Positions 10,981 to 22,605 of a DNA stretch of 34,383 bases are shown piece by piece. Under the pieces are notes generated by a model that was given only the letters and a program-made list of their open reading frames with translations, had not been told where the DNA came from and made no database searches. Numbering within the stretch: position 1 is the first letter of the stretch; each line of letters starts with the position of its first letter. The DNA is taken from contig NW_021831687.1 in the NCBI RefSeq assembly GCF_006345805.1, positions 1-34,383 of the forward strand, written 5' to 3'. The stretch comes from Octopus sinensis (lineage: Eukaryota). Made by a program: the position numbers and the translations under genes.

Positions 10981-11033
10981 GTTCAAGTACTGGTAATGGA
11001 ACAGAGGATAGAACAGCAGAAACAAACTTTTGA
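10981..11033 (+). CDS. Candidate terminal exon (SSTGNGTEDRTAETNF*)
   Basis: Long pyrimidine tract ending in CAG at 10980; stop at 11031-11033; AATAAA at ~11173 and ~11199. Confidence 0.3.
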
Positions 11034-11094
11034 GTGAAAATCGAAAAAGAGCCTCCAAGAATCGTCTTTGATGATATTTGATATGCTATAAACA

Positions 11095-11266
11095 TATTTT
11101 CTCCATATATAATATAAAATATATATTCTGCATATATATATAAAATTATATTTTCTCCATAATATAATATGAAATAAATTTTCTTAATATAAACACAAAA
11201 TAAAATTTTCTCCATATATAATATTAAATAATATTTTCTCCATATATAATATAAAATATTCTTTCC
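11095..11266. repeat. Degenerate ~27-bp AT-rich minisatellite, ~7 copies
   Basis: The unit attttctccatatataatataaaat recurs at ~11095, 11123, 11149, 11177, 11204, 11232 and 11257. Confidence 0.75.
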
Positions 11267-11789
11267 TTGTAACGACACTATAATTGTACCTTTCAATACA
11301 ACACTATGCATGCATGAGACTGTATAATCCACCATAATGTAATTTAAACGAGTTTCAGGGCCTCACTATGGCTTGAAACAGAAAATATTGCATGATTTGA
11401 AATTATATTGATATTCTATCTTCTTGCCAATTTAATGTTATCAATGTAAGCTTTAGAATTGTTAAATAAAGGATTAAATCTGATCTGTTGCTACCGTTCG
11501 TTTTCTAGATGAATTACTGTAATACCGCAGACTAAGATCAAATACCACCGGAAGAGGCATTGATTCCATTTGTTATTTTAAACATTCCACTAAAATGTTA
11601 AAACTTGCAAAATGTATCATGTAGATTAGATTTACGATCATTTATCTAATTAGTATTATCAGGTCATTCAACTGTCATTGTTCAAGTAATCAACATTTCA
11701 CAAACAGCTACATTCCAATCAAAGCACCGGACGTAGATTCGTCTTCTACACGTTCATGTCTACTTTCACTCCATCAATGTTACACTTAC

Positions 11790-11819
11790 ACGAGACTGCG
11801 CACGCCTCAATGTCTTCAT
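11790..11819 (-). CDS. Candidate first coding exon end (MKTLRRAQSR followed by GTAAGT donor)
   Basis: ATG at 11819-11817 has an in-frame stop upstream and is followed by 10 codons and a consensus donor gtaagt (11789-11784). It lies next to a promoter-like motif cluster. Kozak context is weak. Confidence 0.25.
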
Positions 11820-12032
11820 TGAAGTAGTTTCTTAGTTATACTCTCTACATGATATTCAGGCCCATTAGGCCGCAGTCTCTTTCGGTATCCAACATATTCC
11901 AACACCCGGGGATAGAAGACACCCCACTAAAAGAGATGCCAGTCTGTTGCAAGTTTAACCCTGGTTGTTGCTGGTATTCTCTTCTCAGATGAGTCCAGTG
12001 GAAGTGTTTTCTCGTGGACAGAACGCACCGAA

Positions 12033-12051
12033 CCAATAGTCCATGTGTCTA

Positions 12052-12120
<69 letters not shown>

Positions 12121-12215
12121 GTCTGTCTATGTATGTGTGTGCTTTTTAGCTCCTGTTTTCCGGATCATTGGTCGCTCTCTTGCCAGCCGGAACACCGCTC
12201 CGCCCTTCTTTTATA
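12033..12215. promoter_or_regulatory. Promoter-like motif cluster around a (TG)n tract
   Basis: CCAAT 12033-12037, ATTGG 12167-12171, TTCCGG 12158-12163, CCGGAA 12187-12192, CCGCCC 12200-12205, TTTTATA 12209-12215; locally CpG-richer than the background. Confidence 0.35.
12056..12120. repeat. (TG)n microsatellite
   Basis: About 30 nearly perfect TG units. Confidence 0.95.
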
Positions 12216-14280
12216 CTCTGCTTGTTGCTGTTAAAAGATATATGGAGCCGTTTATCGTAACAGCTCTGTCATTTCTACCACTTATTATATGGCCTGTGGT
12301 TTTAGATGTCTTGGTACATCGACTGAACTAAGGAATTATTTTTAGTTTCCTCCTAATTAGATGGTCGCACCATTTCACTCTCTTCCATCTGACTACTTCA
12401 GTTCTGTTTATGTCATGTAAATAACGTTTCTTATACAAATTACGCCAGTCTCACTATAATATCTCTTTAGTTTTAAACACATTTTAATAACCTCTTACTT
12501 ATGTGTTTCTAGACCCTGATTAGAGAAGCAAAAATGTGCAAACTATCAATGCAACCCTGGCTGATGTCCTACAAGCTCCAGATCCTGTTTCTTAAATCTC
12601 TCAAATGCTATACATGCTAGCGTGACCTGTCTTTTCTAACCTGTGTGTCTAGTGCGACGGATACTACACAGCTCTCTTTGACATGTTCAACATAAGAACC
12701 ATTCAGTGTGATTATTTCCTTTGCGTTGTGTAATTAATCTGTATATAATGCTATTCATTTTCATAGCCCATTTTCCCCATATTTCGTCTGAGACCATCAA
12801 TATTAGGTTTGCTTCCCAACCGCATAATTCCGTTTTTATTTTCGGTCTCATCGTGTGACATGGCACTTTGGGCAATTTTCACCATACTGAGAAAAAAGTA
12901 CTAGAGTCAATTCGTTCGACTAAAACTTATTCCAGGGGCCCTCCACCTCCTCCAGCATGGCTGCAGTCTCATGACTGAAATAAAGGAAAAAGTTTTAAAA
13001 TATATATTTCCTCACTTCGTTATTATCTGTGAACACATATTTTCTCTATTCTCCTTTCAGTGAAGAAAACACATCTGTCTCCATGACATTTCTCCTTCAC
13101 TCACTCTCTATCTCTTTTGCTACTTCTCTCTCTCTCTCTCTCTCTCCTCTCTCTTATAGCTTTGCCTCTCCCATACACTTTCCTCATCAGCCCATGCTTC
13201 TCTCTCTCATATCACATGTTGCTTCCCTGCGCGTGGAGAATTAATCCAGCAAAGACGTTCAACATTTTTATAATTGTTTTTCATCTCCGCTGTTTCGTTT
13301 AACATATTTTCTCTCTTCATTGTGAACCACAAACATAATCATTCTTCATTATTTTTCACACCATAACTTACTTCTCCTTGATCTGTTTCTCTCTGCCTTT
13401 CGGTCCTCATATGGCCCCTCCTCCATACCATTGCCCACAATCTCCATAGGTTCTACAACGATGAGCCCCCAATATACTACAAGCACTATGACGAACAACC
13501 TGGTTATGAATCTAACTCCGCAGGTTCACAATGTTCAAAAACACATCTACAGACATCTACACATCTGTGCCTTACCTCAATATACAACACTTAACCTATA
13601 TTGGGTGCTTGTCACACGTAGTTGCAGTACTTACAATCTTGTGAAAATATGACATACAACAGACAATTTGTAATACGTCCAGGCTGACAAGCAAGCTTTA
13701 ATACGTGACTGCACGAAGATGTTGAATCCTATACAAACACAACATATAAATGGAACTTGTAGATTATAAACCGTAATGGTTAGCACAAGGTTTATCGAAG
13801 AATCAAATTCTGGATTAGTTACATCCACATCTTGGCTATGGGCTCCAAGAAGGGAAGTGCTGTTCCCTTGCATATTCCACTATAATGCCTAGACGAATAG
13901 TAAAATTCTGACCAATAGCAATATTCTGAACTTATGGACGTGATAGATGTGTAGCGAGACCAATTTCTATTATTGTATATTTGGAAACATTAAGTTAGTT
14001 TCTGAAAGCTCACCACGCTACTCTGTTGAGATAGGTTAAAATAACTATCATAAAATTATTGGACATTTATTGAACCCTGTGTTGTGATCAGCTGAGTGTT
14101 GCGCGGGCGCTGGATCGAAGGTCTAATAACGTTACGCGTTATATATTCTCTGGAGCCTCATTTCTTTTCATAAATTGGTGCCATAAATTATTTACGAGTC
14201 AGAGAGGTGAGAGTCATTCATCGAGGCGAAGTATGCGGATTCTGCCGTTTTCAGCATTAATTTGCTTACTCCATCTAATT

Positions 14281-14352
14281 TTTGAGAGCGGTCGAGTTCA
14301 CTTTTAGTATTCTCGTTTGTGAGAGCAGTCGAGTTTATTTCAGATATTCTCA
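14281..14352. repeat. 37-bp tandem duplication
   Basis: gagagcggtcgagttc at 14284 and gagagcagtcgagttt at 14321. Confidence 0.75.
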
Positions 14353-14889
14353 TTCTAAAAATCATCTCTGGCTCATCGTTGAGTGGATGTTGGTATTGTC
14401 TCGGTGGAGGTTTGCACCTTTTAAGTGCTCTACAGATTATTGTTGTTGTTGTTGTTGCTGCTGCTGCTGCTGATGATGATGATGATATACAAGGTAATTC
14501 GGTAAACTGAAAATATCATTTCAGTCACCTATTCGATTGATTTATTTACAGAGTAATTCAGTTAACTGAAAGTACCTTTTCAGTTATCCATTCGGATGTT
14601 TAATTTAAAGAGTTTACAGGTTTATCCGTGATCCATCCTTGCCTCATTCGTTACTGTTGTGGAAGGATTCCGACAACTCCCATATGATTAAAAGTGAATT
14701 GTCACAACATTTGCTATGAATAAAGAACTGTCGAGTTATCAGCAGTTCGCTGTGAGCCGTGTAACCTCGTATAACAGGAAGCCTCGTGCGTTCGTGTAAA
14801 TACTTCGTTAAATTATTTATCAAACATACAAGGATATAAAAGTTACTTATAAAGGAAATATACTTACACCATACCTCACGTTTTTGACA

Positions 14890-15900
14890 GTATCCCGAAA
14901 GGAAGAGACTGTGGATGACATGAATTACATATTATGAAGCACAGAAACAAAACGCTGATGAATCTAAGACTTACAGGAAATTCGAAATTATGTCCTGTAA
15001 CGCTCGAGTGCACATTAGGATACATGATGAAGATCATACCATAATTCAGCACATTGGTGAAGATCCTCATTGTTCATGTGCTTCAAAATCCATGCATCAT
15101 ATTCAGGTGGGGTTATTCAGTGTTCCGCAGTTGTTTGCATTACCCCCACCCAAAAAAACTTACAGCCGCCTTTTTTTAAGCTAAATGAATTACTCCAAAG
15201 ACTGAGCCCTGAAGATTTTATGAGGGATTTTGAAAAAGCTCTTATTAATAGCATTGTATCTGTTTCCTACTACTTCCATCTCATGCTGTCTTTTTCATCT
15301 ATCACAAAATATATACAGAAAACATGTGAATTTGGCTTGAAGGACAGATACCATCGTTATAATGAGTTTAGCATTAAAATCAGAGGTTTTTAAGCATTGC
15401 TAATTCTTCGTCTCGATGATGAGATTGACGGAGTCGAAAATCTTGTAGATGACGATGATCTTCCGCAAGAACTTGTGACCTACTTTAGATTATCGTACCT
15501 ATGATAAGTGTGAAGTAAAGGAATGAGACCACGAAGGACTTCTCCCTAGTTTCCCATTGTCGAACATCTTGTAGATGACGATGATCCTCCTGCTAGAACT
15601 TGTGACCTACTTTGGATTATCGTACCTAAGAAGAGTGCAAAGTAAAGGAATCAGACTACAAAGGACTTCTCCCTAGTTTCCTATTGGTAGTTGGAATGTC
15701 CGCTTTAAAACAGAATCGGAAATGCCTCGCACTAATAACCTTTTAGAGGGATTTCACAACGCCCTACAAATTTCCTTAATTTGTTCACATCCGAATATAT
15801 GGAGATAATTACTGCATTGAGAAGGGAAGAACACTTGGCACAGCTGAGAAAGGTTGAATTTGATGGAGGTGGGATCTGCGAGACCAAACAAAAATAAAAG
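14890..15900 (+). mobile_element. MULE/Mutator transposase remnant (FLYWCH finger + partial DDE domain), pseudogenised
   Basis: FLYWCH-like NADESKTYRKFEIMSCNARVH...EDPH; VPQLFALPPPKKTYSRLF; SPEDFMRDFEKALINS; YYFHL; FPIGSWNV...PRTNNLLEGFHNAL...SHPNIW. Contains stops, frameshifts, an internal deletion and a 126-bp tandem duplication. Confidence 0.85.
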
Positions 15901-16872
15901 AAAGGATATAAGCAAACGGATAAGTATTGAGCGACATAGTCCCGAAAATAGGATGGATTTTATATGAGCAATAGCCCCTAACCTTCATTTTTATTGAAAC
16001 TTTTAGTAATAATTTTAGGTTTTACTCGACTTTTTATTTTATCCTTATTCAACGTTTTATTTTTTCTAATATCGGGAGTGAAATTGACTGGTAGTCAAAT
16101 TACCGGAGTCAAAATACCGGGGGTGAAGTTATCAGGATTCAAATTGCCTGTCGCCAATTCAGTCGATGTCTGAGGGATACGGGTTCGAGTGCAACTTTTT
16201 TCCATCTCATAAGGGTACCCAGTCTTTCTCTGCTATCTCTACAGCTTTACTGGGTTTGAAATGTCCTTCCTTATCTGCAAGGTATCGCGTTTAAAATGGT
16301 TAAGTATGTTATCATTTATTTATGCAGAAGAGATAACATTACATGACAGGGAGTAGCTTTAATGGAAGAAAAACATTCGCAAAATATATAAATTCCTACG
16401 TCTCTTATTAAGAGAGACTAATGAGTGTTTCTCTCGATGCCACAGGGAATGTTAACCATCTTCTAAATTTATGTCCCAGATTCCAGATACAGTTTTGAAG
16501 AATCACATGAATACTTTGATCACCTATAAACAAAAAGAAACTTGTTACTATGGAATTGCTTCAACGTAATCATTGGAGACCTCCGCTTCAATGAAGAAGC
16601 AGGCTGAAGCAAGAACTGACCAAATGCTATAGAAAGATAAAGCTTTAGCAAACCAAAAGAGAAGCGAGCATAATTACTACGTTTGTGTGCAATAAGGGGT
16701 CTCATGATAACAAACACTGTGTCCGGAAGAGAATGTCTGGAAGCTAAATCAATATATATATATCTTCAATTCATTACTTTGAACAACGATCGTCAAGTTT
16801 GCTTTGGCAATTCTAAAGATATTTTGGTGTCACGAATTGTGTCACCAAAACAGATAAAAAACCTTTAAAGTT

Positions 16873-17674
16873 CAATACCTGAACTTCAAATTTTACTATC
16901 CAACATATACAAAACGCAATATCCCATACAACCTAGCCGAGAAAATGTGTACGTTTGTGGAGGATGTGAGAATCAGAGACAAAAGCCTAACAAAACTAAA
17001 AGAATCTCTACCCAAGCAAAAATATCCGTCTCTACTCATAGAAAATGGTGTACAGCTTGATATAGAAATACCCATACAAGAACTTAGGGCCACCCGAGGA
17101 AGAGGAAAACGAGAACAGATCATACCAGTTATAGTGGCACACAACCCATGTTACCGGAATACCTTAAGCATTGCAAATCAAACTTGCCGATCATTATTCA
17201 AAGTAATGAATTAGAAGATATAATCACGGATGGAGTAATGGCTCTAAGTAAAAGACAGTCGAAAGACTTGAAACATTTAATAAAGGCAAAGTGTGATCTT
17301 AGCAACAATACGAATCATTCATTGTGTCTAAGTACAATGATAATCGATGTGGGACATGTCAGTTCATACATATCGGTCAATATTGGAACAAAAAATAAAC
17401 GGAAGAATATTTGCAAATGTAAATATGAACAGCAAAACCAGAAACTTAATTTACTGCATCAAATGCCAGAATTCTGAAGAGATATACGTTGTCCAGACTT
17501 GGAATACACTAGTGGAACGGTCACGTGTGCTCCAATAGTAAATAAGAGATCCTGATGTCGGCCAGAAGATCCCTTTAACCGACCACTGGCAACTTGTGGT
17601 CTACACAACTGAAGACAAGGCGAGAGAAACGTTACAGAGAAAAAATTTATTGATAAACTGAAACCATTTTTAAA
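16873..17674 (+). mobile_element. Penelope-like element remnant: RT thumb, linker and GIY-YIG endonuclease
   Basis: QYLNFKFYYPTYTKRNIPYNLAEKMCTFV (thumb); YPSLLIENG; IPVIVAHNP; SKRQSKDLKHL; NLIYCIKCQNSEEIYVVQTWNTLVER (GIY-YIG-like); FIDKLKPFLN terminus. Frameshifted, with stops. Confidence 0.85.
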
Positions 17675-17699
17675 TGGGCAAAACTAATAATAGTTATAG

Positions 17700-17752
17700 T
17701 AACGGTGATGACTGGAATGATGATGATGATGATGATTATGATGATGATGATG

Positions 17753-17792
<40 letters not shown>

Positions 17793-18024
17793 TGATGATA
17801 ATAATAATAATAATGATGATGATGATGATAATAATAATAATAATAATGATGATGATAATAATAATAATAATAATGATGATGATGATGATAATAATAATAA
17901 TAACAATGATAATAATGGTAATGATAATAATAATAATAATAATAATGATAATAATAATAATAATAATATAAAATAATATAATAGTAAAATAATAATGATG
18001 ATGATAATAATAATAATAATAATA

Positions 18025-18061
<37 letters not shown>

Positions 18062-18220
18062 TGATAATAATGATATAAAATAATGATGATAATAATATAA
18101 TAAAATTATATAATATAATAATAATAATAATGATAATAATAATAATAATAATGATAATAATAATAATAATATGATAATAATGATAATATTAATATAATAA
18201 TAATAATAATGATAATAATG

Positions 18221-18305
<85 letters not shown>

Positions 18306-18429
18306 TAATATTAATATAATAATAATAATAATAATAATAATGATAATAATGATAATATTATAATAATAATAATAATAATAATATAATAATGATAATAAAA
18401 TAATGAAAATAATAATAATAATGATGATG

Positions 18430-18471
<42 letters not shown>

Positions 18472-18503
18472 TTGATAATAATAATAATAATAATAATAAT
18501 AAT
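17700..18503. repeat. Long compound (AAT)n/(GAT)n microsatellite
   Basis: About 800 bp of AAT interrupted by GAT blocks; source of the poly-N/D and poly-I/M pseudo-ORFs. Confidence 0.95.
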
Positions 18504-20069
18504 TCAGTCGTGTTAGATGTTGACACAGTCATAAGAGAGCCTGAGCAAGAGCAAACATACAAATATTTAGGGATAAATGAAGGCTCTGGTATTCAGCATG
18601 CAAGCATGAAAGAGAAGATCAGGAAGGAATGTTATAGGAGAGTTCGTGCAGTCCTGAAATCTGAACTAAATGCACGTAACAAGGTGTTAGCTATAAATTC
18701 CTTAGCAGTTCCAGTTGTTACTTATAGCTACAATGTGTTGAACTGGAATATGAGTGAAGTAAAGAATATAGATAGGAAAATACGCAAGCTGCTGAGTTGT
18801 AATAGGATGCACCACCCAAGGCAGACGTAGATCGCCTTTACCTTCCCAGAGCCCAAGGAGGTCGAGGCCTGATCCAATTTGAACTAGCTTACAAAACAAC
18901 CACAATCGGACTGGCCAAATATCTCGAAATAACGAATGACTGGATGCTAAAGCTCGTGGAAAATCACGAGAGACGAAAGAAGCTTCATTCTATCATAAAG
19001 GAAAGCAAAAAATTTGCTATTGATCTCGTGCAGGATACCCAAACTGAACAACCTGAGGGAAGTACGGCAACTATTGTTGCAAAGAAGGTGAAAATAATGG
19101 CAACGAAAAAAGCGCACGAGCAATTGGCTGATGGGTGGGAGGAGAAACCTCTGCACGGCAAATATGTGGCCCGCAGCAAACAAGCTGATGTTGACCAGAA
19201 GCAAACCCATCAGTGGCTACGGAGCTCAGGGCTAAAAGCAGAGAGCGAAGGTTTCATCCTGGCTGCTCAAGAACAAAGCCTATTAACCCGGAACTACCAG
19301 GCCAATGTGATGAAAAATGGAGCAGACCCAAAATGCTGATTCTGCAACGACAGTGGACCACCTAATCTCTGGATGTAAAGTCTTAGCACCAGTGGAGTAT
19401 AAATTAAGACATGACAGAGTTGGCCAATACCTCCACTGCCTAATAAGTCGGCATTACAATATCAAAACTGCCGACAAGTGGTATAATCACCACCCTCAGG
19501 CTGTAACTGAAGGAGAAAATGTAACCATTCTGTGGGACTTTCCAGTACATACAGACCGAATCATCAAGGCCAATAAACCAGATATTGTTGTGAAAGACCA
19601 AAACAATAAAGTTTGCTTATTGATCGACATGAGCATCCCCTGTGATCATAATATCTCAGCGAAAGAGTTTGACAAGCTCAGAAAATATAAAGACTTACTC
19701 ATTGAAATTGAGAAAATGTGGCATCTGAAGGCGGTTACAATACCAGTGATCGTAGGAGCACTAGGAATGATCAAGAAGGGAACCGAAAATTATATTAGAA
19801 TGATCCCTGGCTTACCATCCCTGCAAGAAGTGCAAAAGATTGTCTTAACTGGTACATCACACGTATTGAGAAGAGCATTGTCGATGTGAGAACTGTTGCT
19901 GCTCATGTATTTTAATTTAACTTAAAAAAAAAAAAAAATTTTTTTAAATGAACAAACTATTGAGTTTGGTTTAATGGCCTACCAATGTATACTATGAGTT
20001 TCTTTGCCCTAGGAGTCGGGAAGACACTCGGCAAGAAATGGAAGCAAATTTGAAAGAAGAAAAAAAAAG
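18504..20069 (+). mobile_element. R4/Dong-clade non-LTR retrotransposon, 5'-truncated (RT C-terminus, CCHC knuckle, REL endonuclease, 3' UTR)
   Basis: YKYLGI; HHP(K)ADVDRLYLPRAQGGRGL; KPLHGKY; LKAESEGFILAAQEQSL; C*FC..TVDHLISGC; YKLRHDRV; ILWDFPVHTD..ANKPDIVVKD..CLLIDMSIP; KYKDL; PVIVGALG. Has one frameshift at ~18820 and a stop/deletion at ~19340. (AAT)n flanks both sides. Confidence 0.93.
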
Positions 20070-20366
20070 TAATAATAATAATAATAATTATAATTATAAT
20101 GAATGTATTGTATAAAGTGCTCAGATACACCAAAATTCACCAGAAAAGGTAGCCAAAAGTGCATGTACAGTAGATAAAATATTACACAGAAAGTGAACAG
20201 TGAATGTGTTGGTTTGAAAAAAATGTGCAGGACATCAAGTTTATTGTTGATGAATTTCAGAAAGCATGGAAGTTTTGAATGATGTAGTGTACTGCTCTTG
20301 ACTTTTCCCATCCAAAGTTTTTTAACCCAGTGGTTTACTTGCTGTTATATTATTAGTGTTTGGAGG

Positions 20367-20505
20367 GTGATGAACTGGTTGAGTCATTAACAAGTCAGAC
20401 AAAATGTTAACACTATTTCTTTTAGCTCTTTATTTTCTGGGTTCAAATTCCACCAAGTGTGACATTGTTTTTCATTCTTTCAGGGTTGATAACAGAAGTA
20501 CCAGG
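20367..20505 (+). mobile_element. tRNA-derived SINE family B, degenerate 5' part
   Basis: ggtgatgaactgg...gggttcaaattcc...tttcattctttcagggttgataa matches the reverse complement of 22606-22837. Confidence 0.6.
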
Positions 20506-20538
20506 AAAACAATATGGTCGACTTAATGTCCTCTTTAA

Positions 20539-20756
20539 GTCTTTAGCATTCTGATTATTCTGTCAAATGTAAAGGTTCTTTATTCGCATTCTTTTCAATT
20601 AACCATGTATTTTCTCATAGTTTCAAGTTTTCAATGTTGCGATTGTTTATTTTTAGAATGACAGTGTACAGGTAGAATATTTGGGCTGGATCTGGCCTGT
20701 TTGAAAATAAAAACAGGTAGAATATATGGACTGGATATTACCAAAATATTAAAGGG
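20539..20756. mobile_element. piggyBac-type MITE (TTAA flanks), degenerate
   Basis: ttaa|gtctttagcatt ... attaaaggg|ttaa. The body is homologous to 22895-23079 and to a left-end fragment at 26365. Confidence 0.7.
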
Positions 20757-21541
20757 TTAAGATTGCTGGCCTTGTGCAAAAATCTGAAACTATTGTATTA
20801 TTAGTGTTTGTTATGGTTTGGTGTAATGTATTTTGTGTTCTATTTTATGAAATTTTTTATATGTTTATCTTTCTATAGTTAGTCTGCTTTTGATTCATTT
20901 GCTACACTGTGTTATTTGTGTACTTTTACTAGGTTTCGTGTCTGATGTCTATGTGCGTCTCTTGTTCTATGTCTTGATCTATTAGTTTGAATCAATAGCT
21001 GTTATTTGTTAATGTTTGATTTAGTCAGCTGATATCCTTATCTTGCACTTCAATTATGGTGGAAAATCCAAATACTCTTCTAAGTAGGGATTTTGGCTCT
21101 GACACTTTGTATCTATGCAAACATTTGCTGTTTCCATTTTAGTATATTCATTTATTTATGTCCTTGATGTAAACGGACATGGTGTAACTGCTATTTTCCA
21201 TCTGAATATTTATGTTTAGGAATAGCTTTATTATATTGGTACGATTTTTATTTGTGCAGTTCTCAATGCTGAATTTTATAGTAGAGTAGTTTTCGAGGTC
21301 TTCATTTATTATATCAGTTTATTCTCCTGCATCTTTTCTTTATGATGAGTATATCAACCACTTACCTGGTTTATATCATGCTTATGTAACAGTAGCATTT
21401 TATTTTCAATTGTGGCCATAGCAAATGCTATGAACATAAAGCTTAAGCAAGAACCTATGGTTGCTCCATATTTTTATTTATATAATTTATTTTGTGGACA
21501 GTGAAAGATCATTTCACTTTTATAGAACACTAATAATTTCT

Positions 21542-21790
21542 GGAGGCGCGTGGCTTAGTGGTTAGAGTGTCAGCATCATGATTGTAAGATTGTGGTTTCG
21601 ATTCCTGGACCGGGCGACGCGTTGTGTTCTTGAGCAAAACACTTCATTTCACATTGCTCCAGTCCACTCAGCTGGCAAAAATGAGTAACGCTGCGATGGA
21701 CTGGTGTCCCGTCCAGCTGGGGAACACATACGCCACTGAAAACGGGAAACTGGGCCCATGAGCCTGGCTAGGCTTTAATATGGGAACATT
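21542..21790 (+). mobile_element. tRNA-derived SINE family C
   Basis: A box tggcttagtgg (21551-21561), B box ggtttcgattcc (21594-21605), a central ttgtgttcttgagcaaaacactt...ctgcgatggactgg domain and a (TTA)n tail. Confidence 0.85.
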
Positions 21791-22260
21791 TATTATTATT
21801 ATTATTATTATTATTAATATAATAATTTCTTTAGTATGTTAGCTTGTGTCATGATTACACAATTCACATTACCAAAAGATGCTATCACCATGGCACATGT
21901 TATTATAAAATTCAGTACAATGTACACAAGAATGTGTATAATGACAATGATTGGAAAATTAGGCTGATAATTATACAATTGTTAAAAGAATCCAAGACAC
22001 TGACTCAAAGCTAATTATCAGCTTACCTCTGTCATTGTTACTGATAGCTAAATATAAACAGGCTATAAATAATCACAAAAACACATTGAACAGTCCACTA
22101 ATTAGTCACTTACCTTCCTTTAGAACATTTTAACAAACTCTTTATTATCCACCAGCAAGATGCTCCATGTGATCTACTGTTTTACTGACTTCTAACTTTA
22201 AAACAACTTACTGAAGGCAGTTTATCTGCACAGAAAGTTACTTAAAACAATGACTTTTAA

Positions 22261-22479
22261 CCCTTTTGTTACTATATTTATTTTGAGATGCTGTGTTTCT
22301 TTCAATTACTTTAAATATAACTAAGAATTTAGTAAATTAACTTAGTTATCATTCAGTCAGTGTTAGGAACATAAATTGTGACTAAGGTTTGGTGGAAAAT
22401 TTTAATTCAAAACTTATGAAAACAAGACCTTTGTACTACAGAGCCAGAGCCGGTTTCAGCCCAGTTGGTAGCAAAAGGG
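22261..22479. mobile_element. piggyBac-type MITE, 219 bp
   Basis: TTAA at 22257-22260 and 22480-22483; termini cccttttgttac / gtagcaaaaggg (11/12 inverted match). Confidence 0.85.
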
Positions 22480-22605
22480 TTAAATTGGAAGAAGAGCAAT
22501 GGCTCTTGCCTGTATCACACATTAGTAGCCTATCTTAACTTAAAAGACATCAAAAACTTCTGGTAATCAATATGAAGAAATATGTAATAGCCCTCATATC
22601 ACTGC

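Noticed and set aside
12242-12331. Short hydrophobic ORF MEPFIVTALSFLPLIIWPVVLDVLVHRLN as a signal peptide or micropeptide
   Set aside because: 29 codons, no good splice donor, no recognisable homology; mentioned only as context for the promoter-like cluster.
13430-13720. Possible very old Penelope GIY-YIG remnant (SCSTYNLVKI...*YVQADKQAL)
   Set aside because: Only loose motif resemblance across stops; not supportable without a profile search.
14438-14487. (GTT)n(GCT)n(GAT)n read as a poly-Cys or poly-Val/Ala/Asp coding tract
   Set aside because: A compound trinucleotide microsatellite without exon signals.
17674-18562. Poly-Asn/Asp, poly-Ile/Met and poly-Leu ORFs
   Set aside because: Stop-free frames of the (AAT/GAT)n microsatellite.
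21542-21615. tRNA gene
   Set aside because: A and B boxes are present, but the sequence continues into a SINE body with no clean cloverleaf or terminator; called a SINE head instead.
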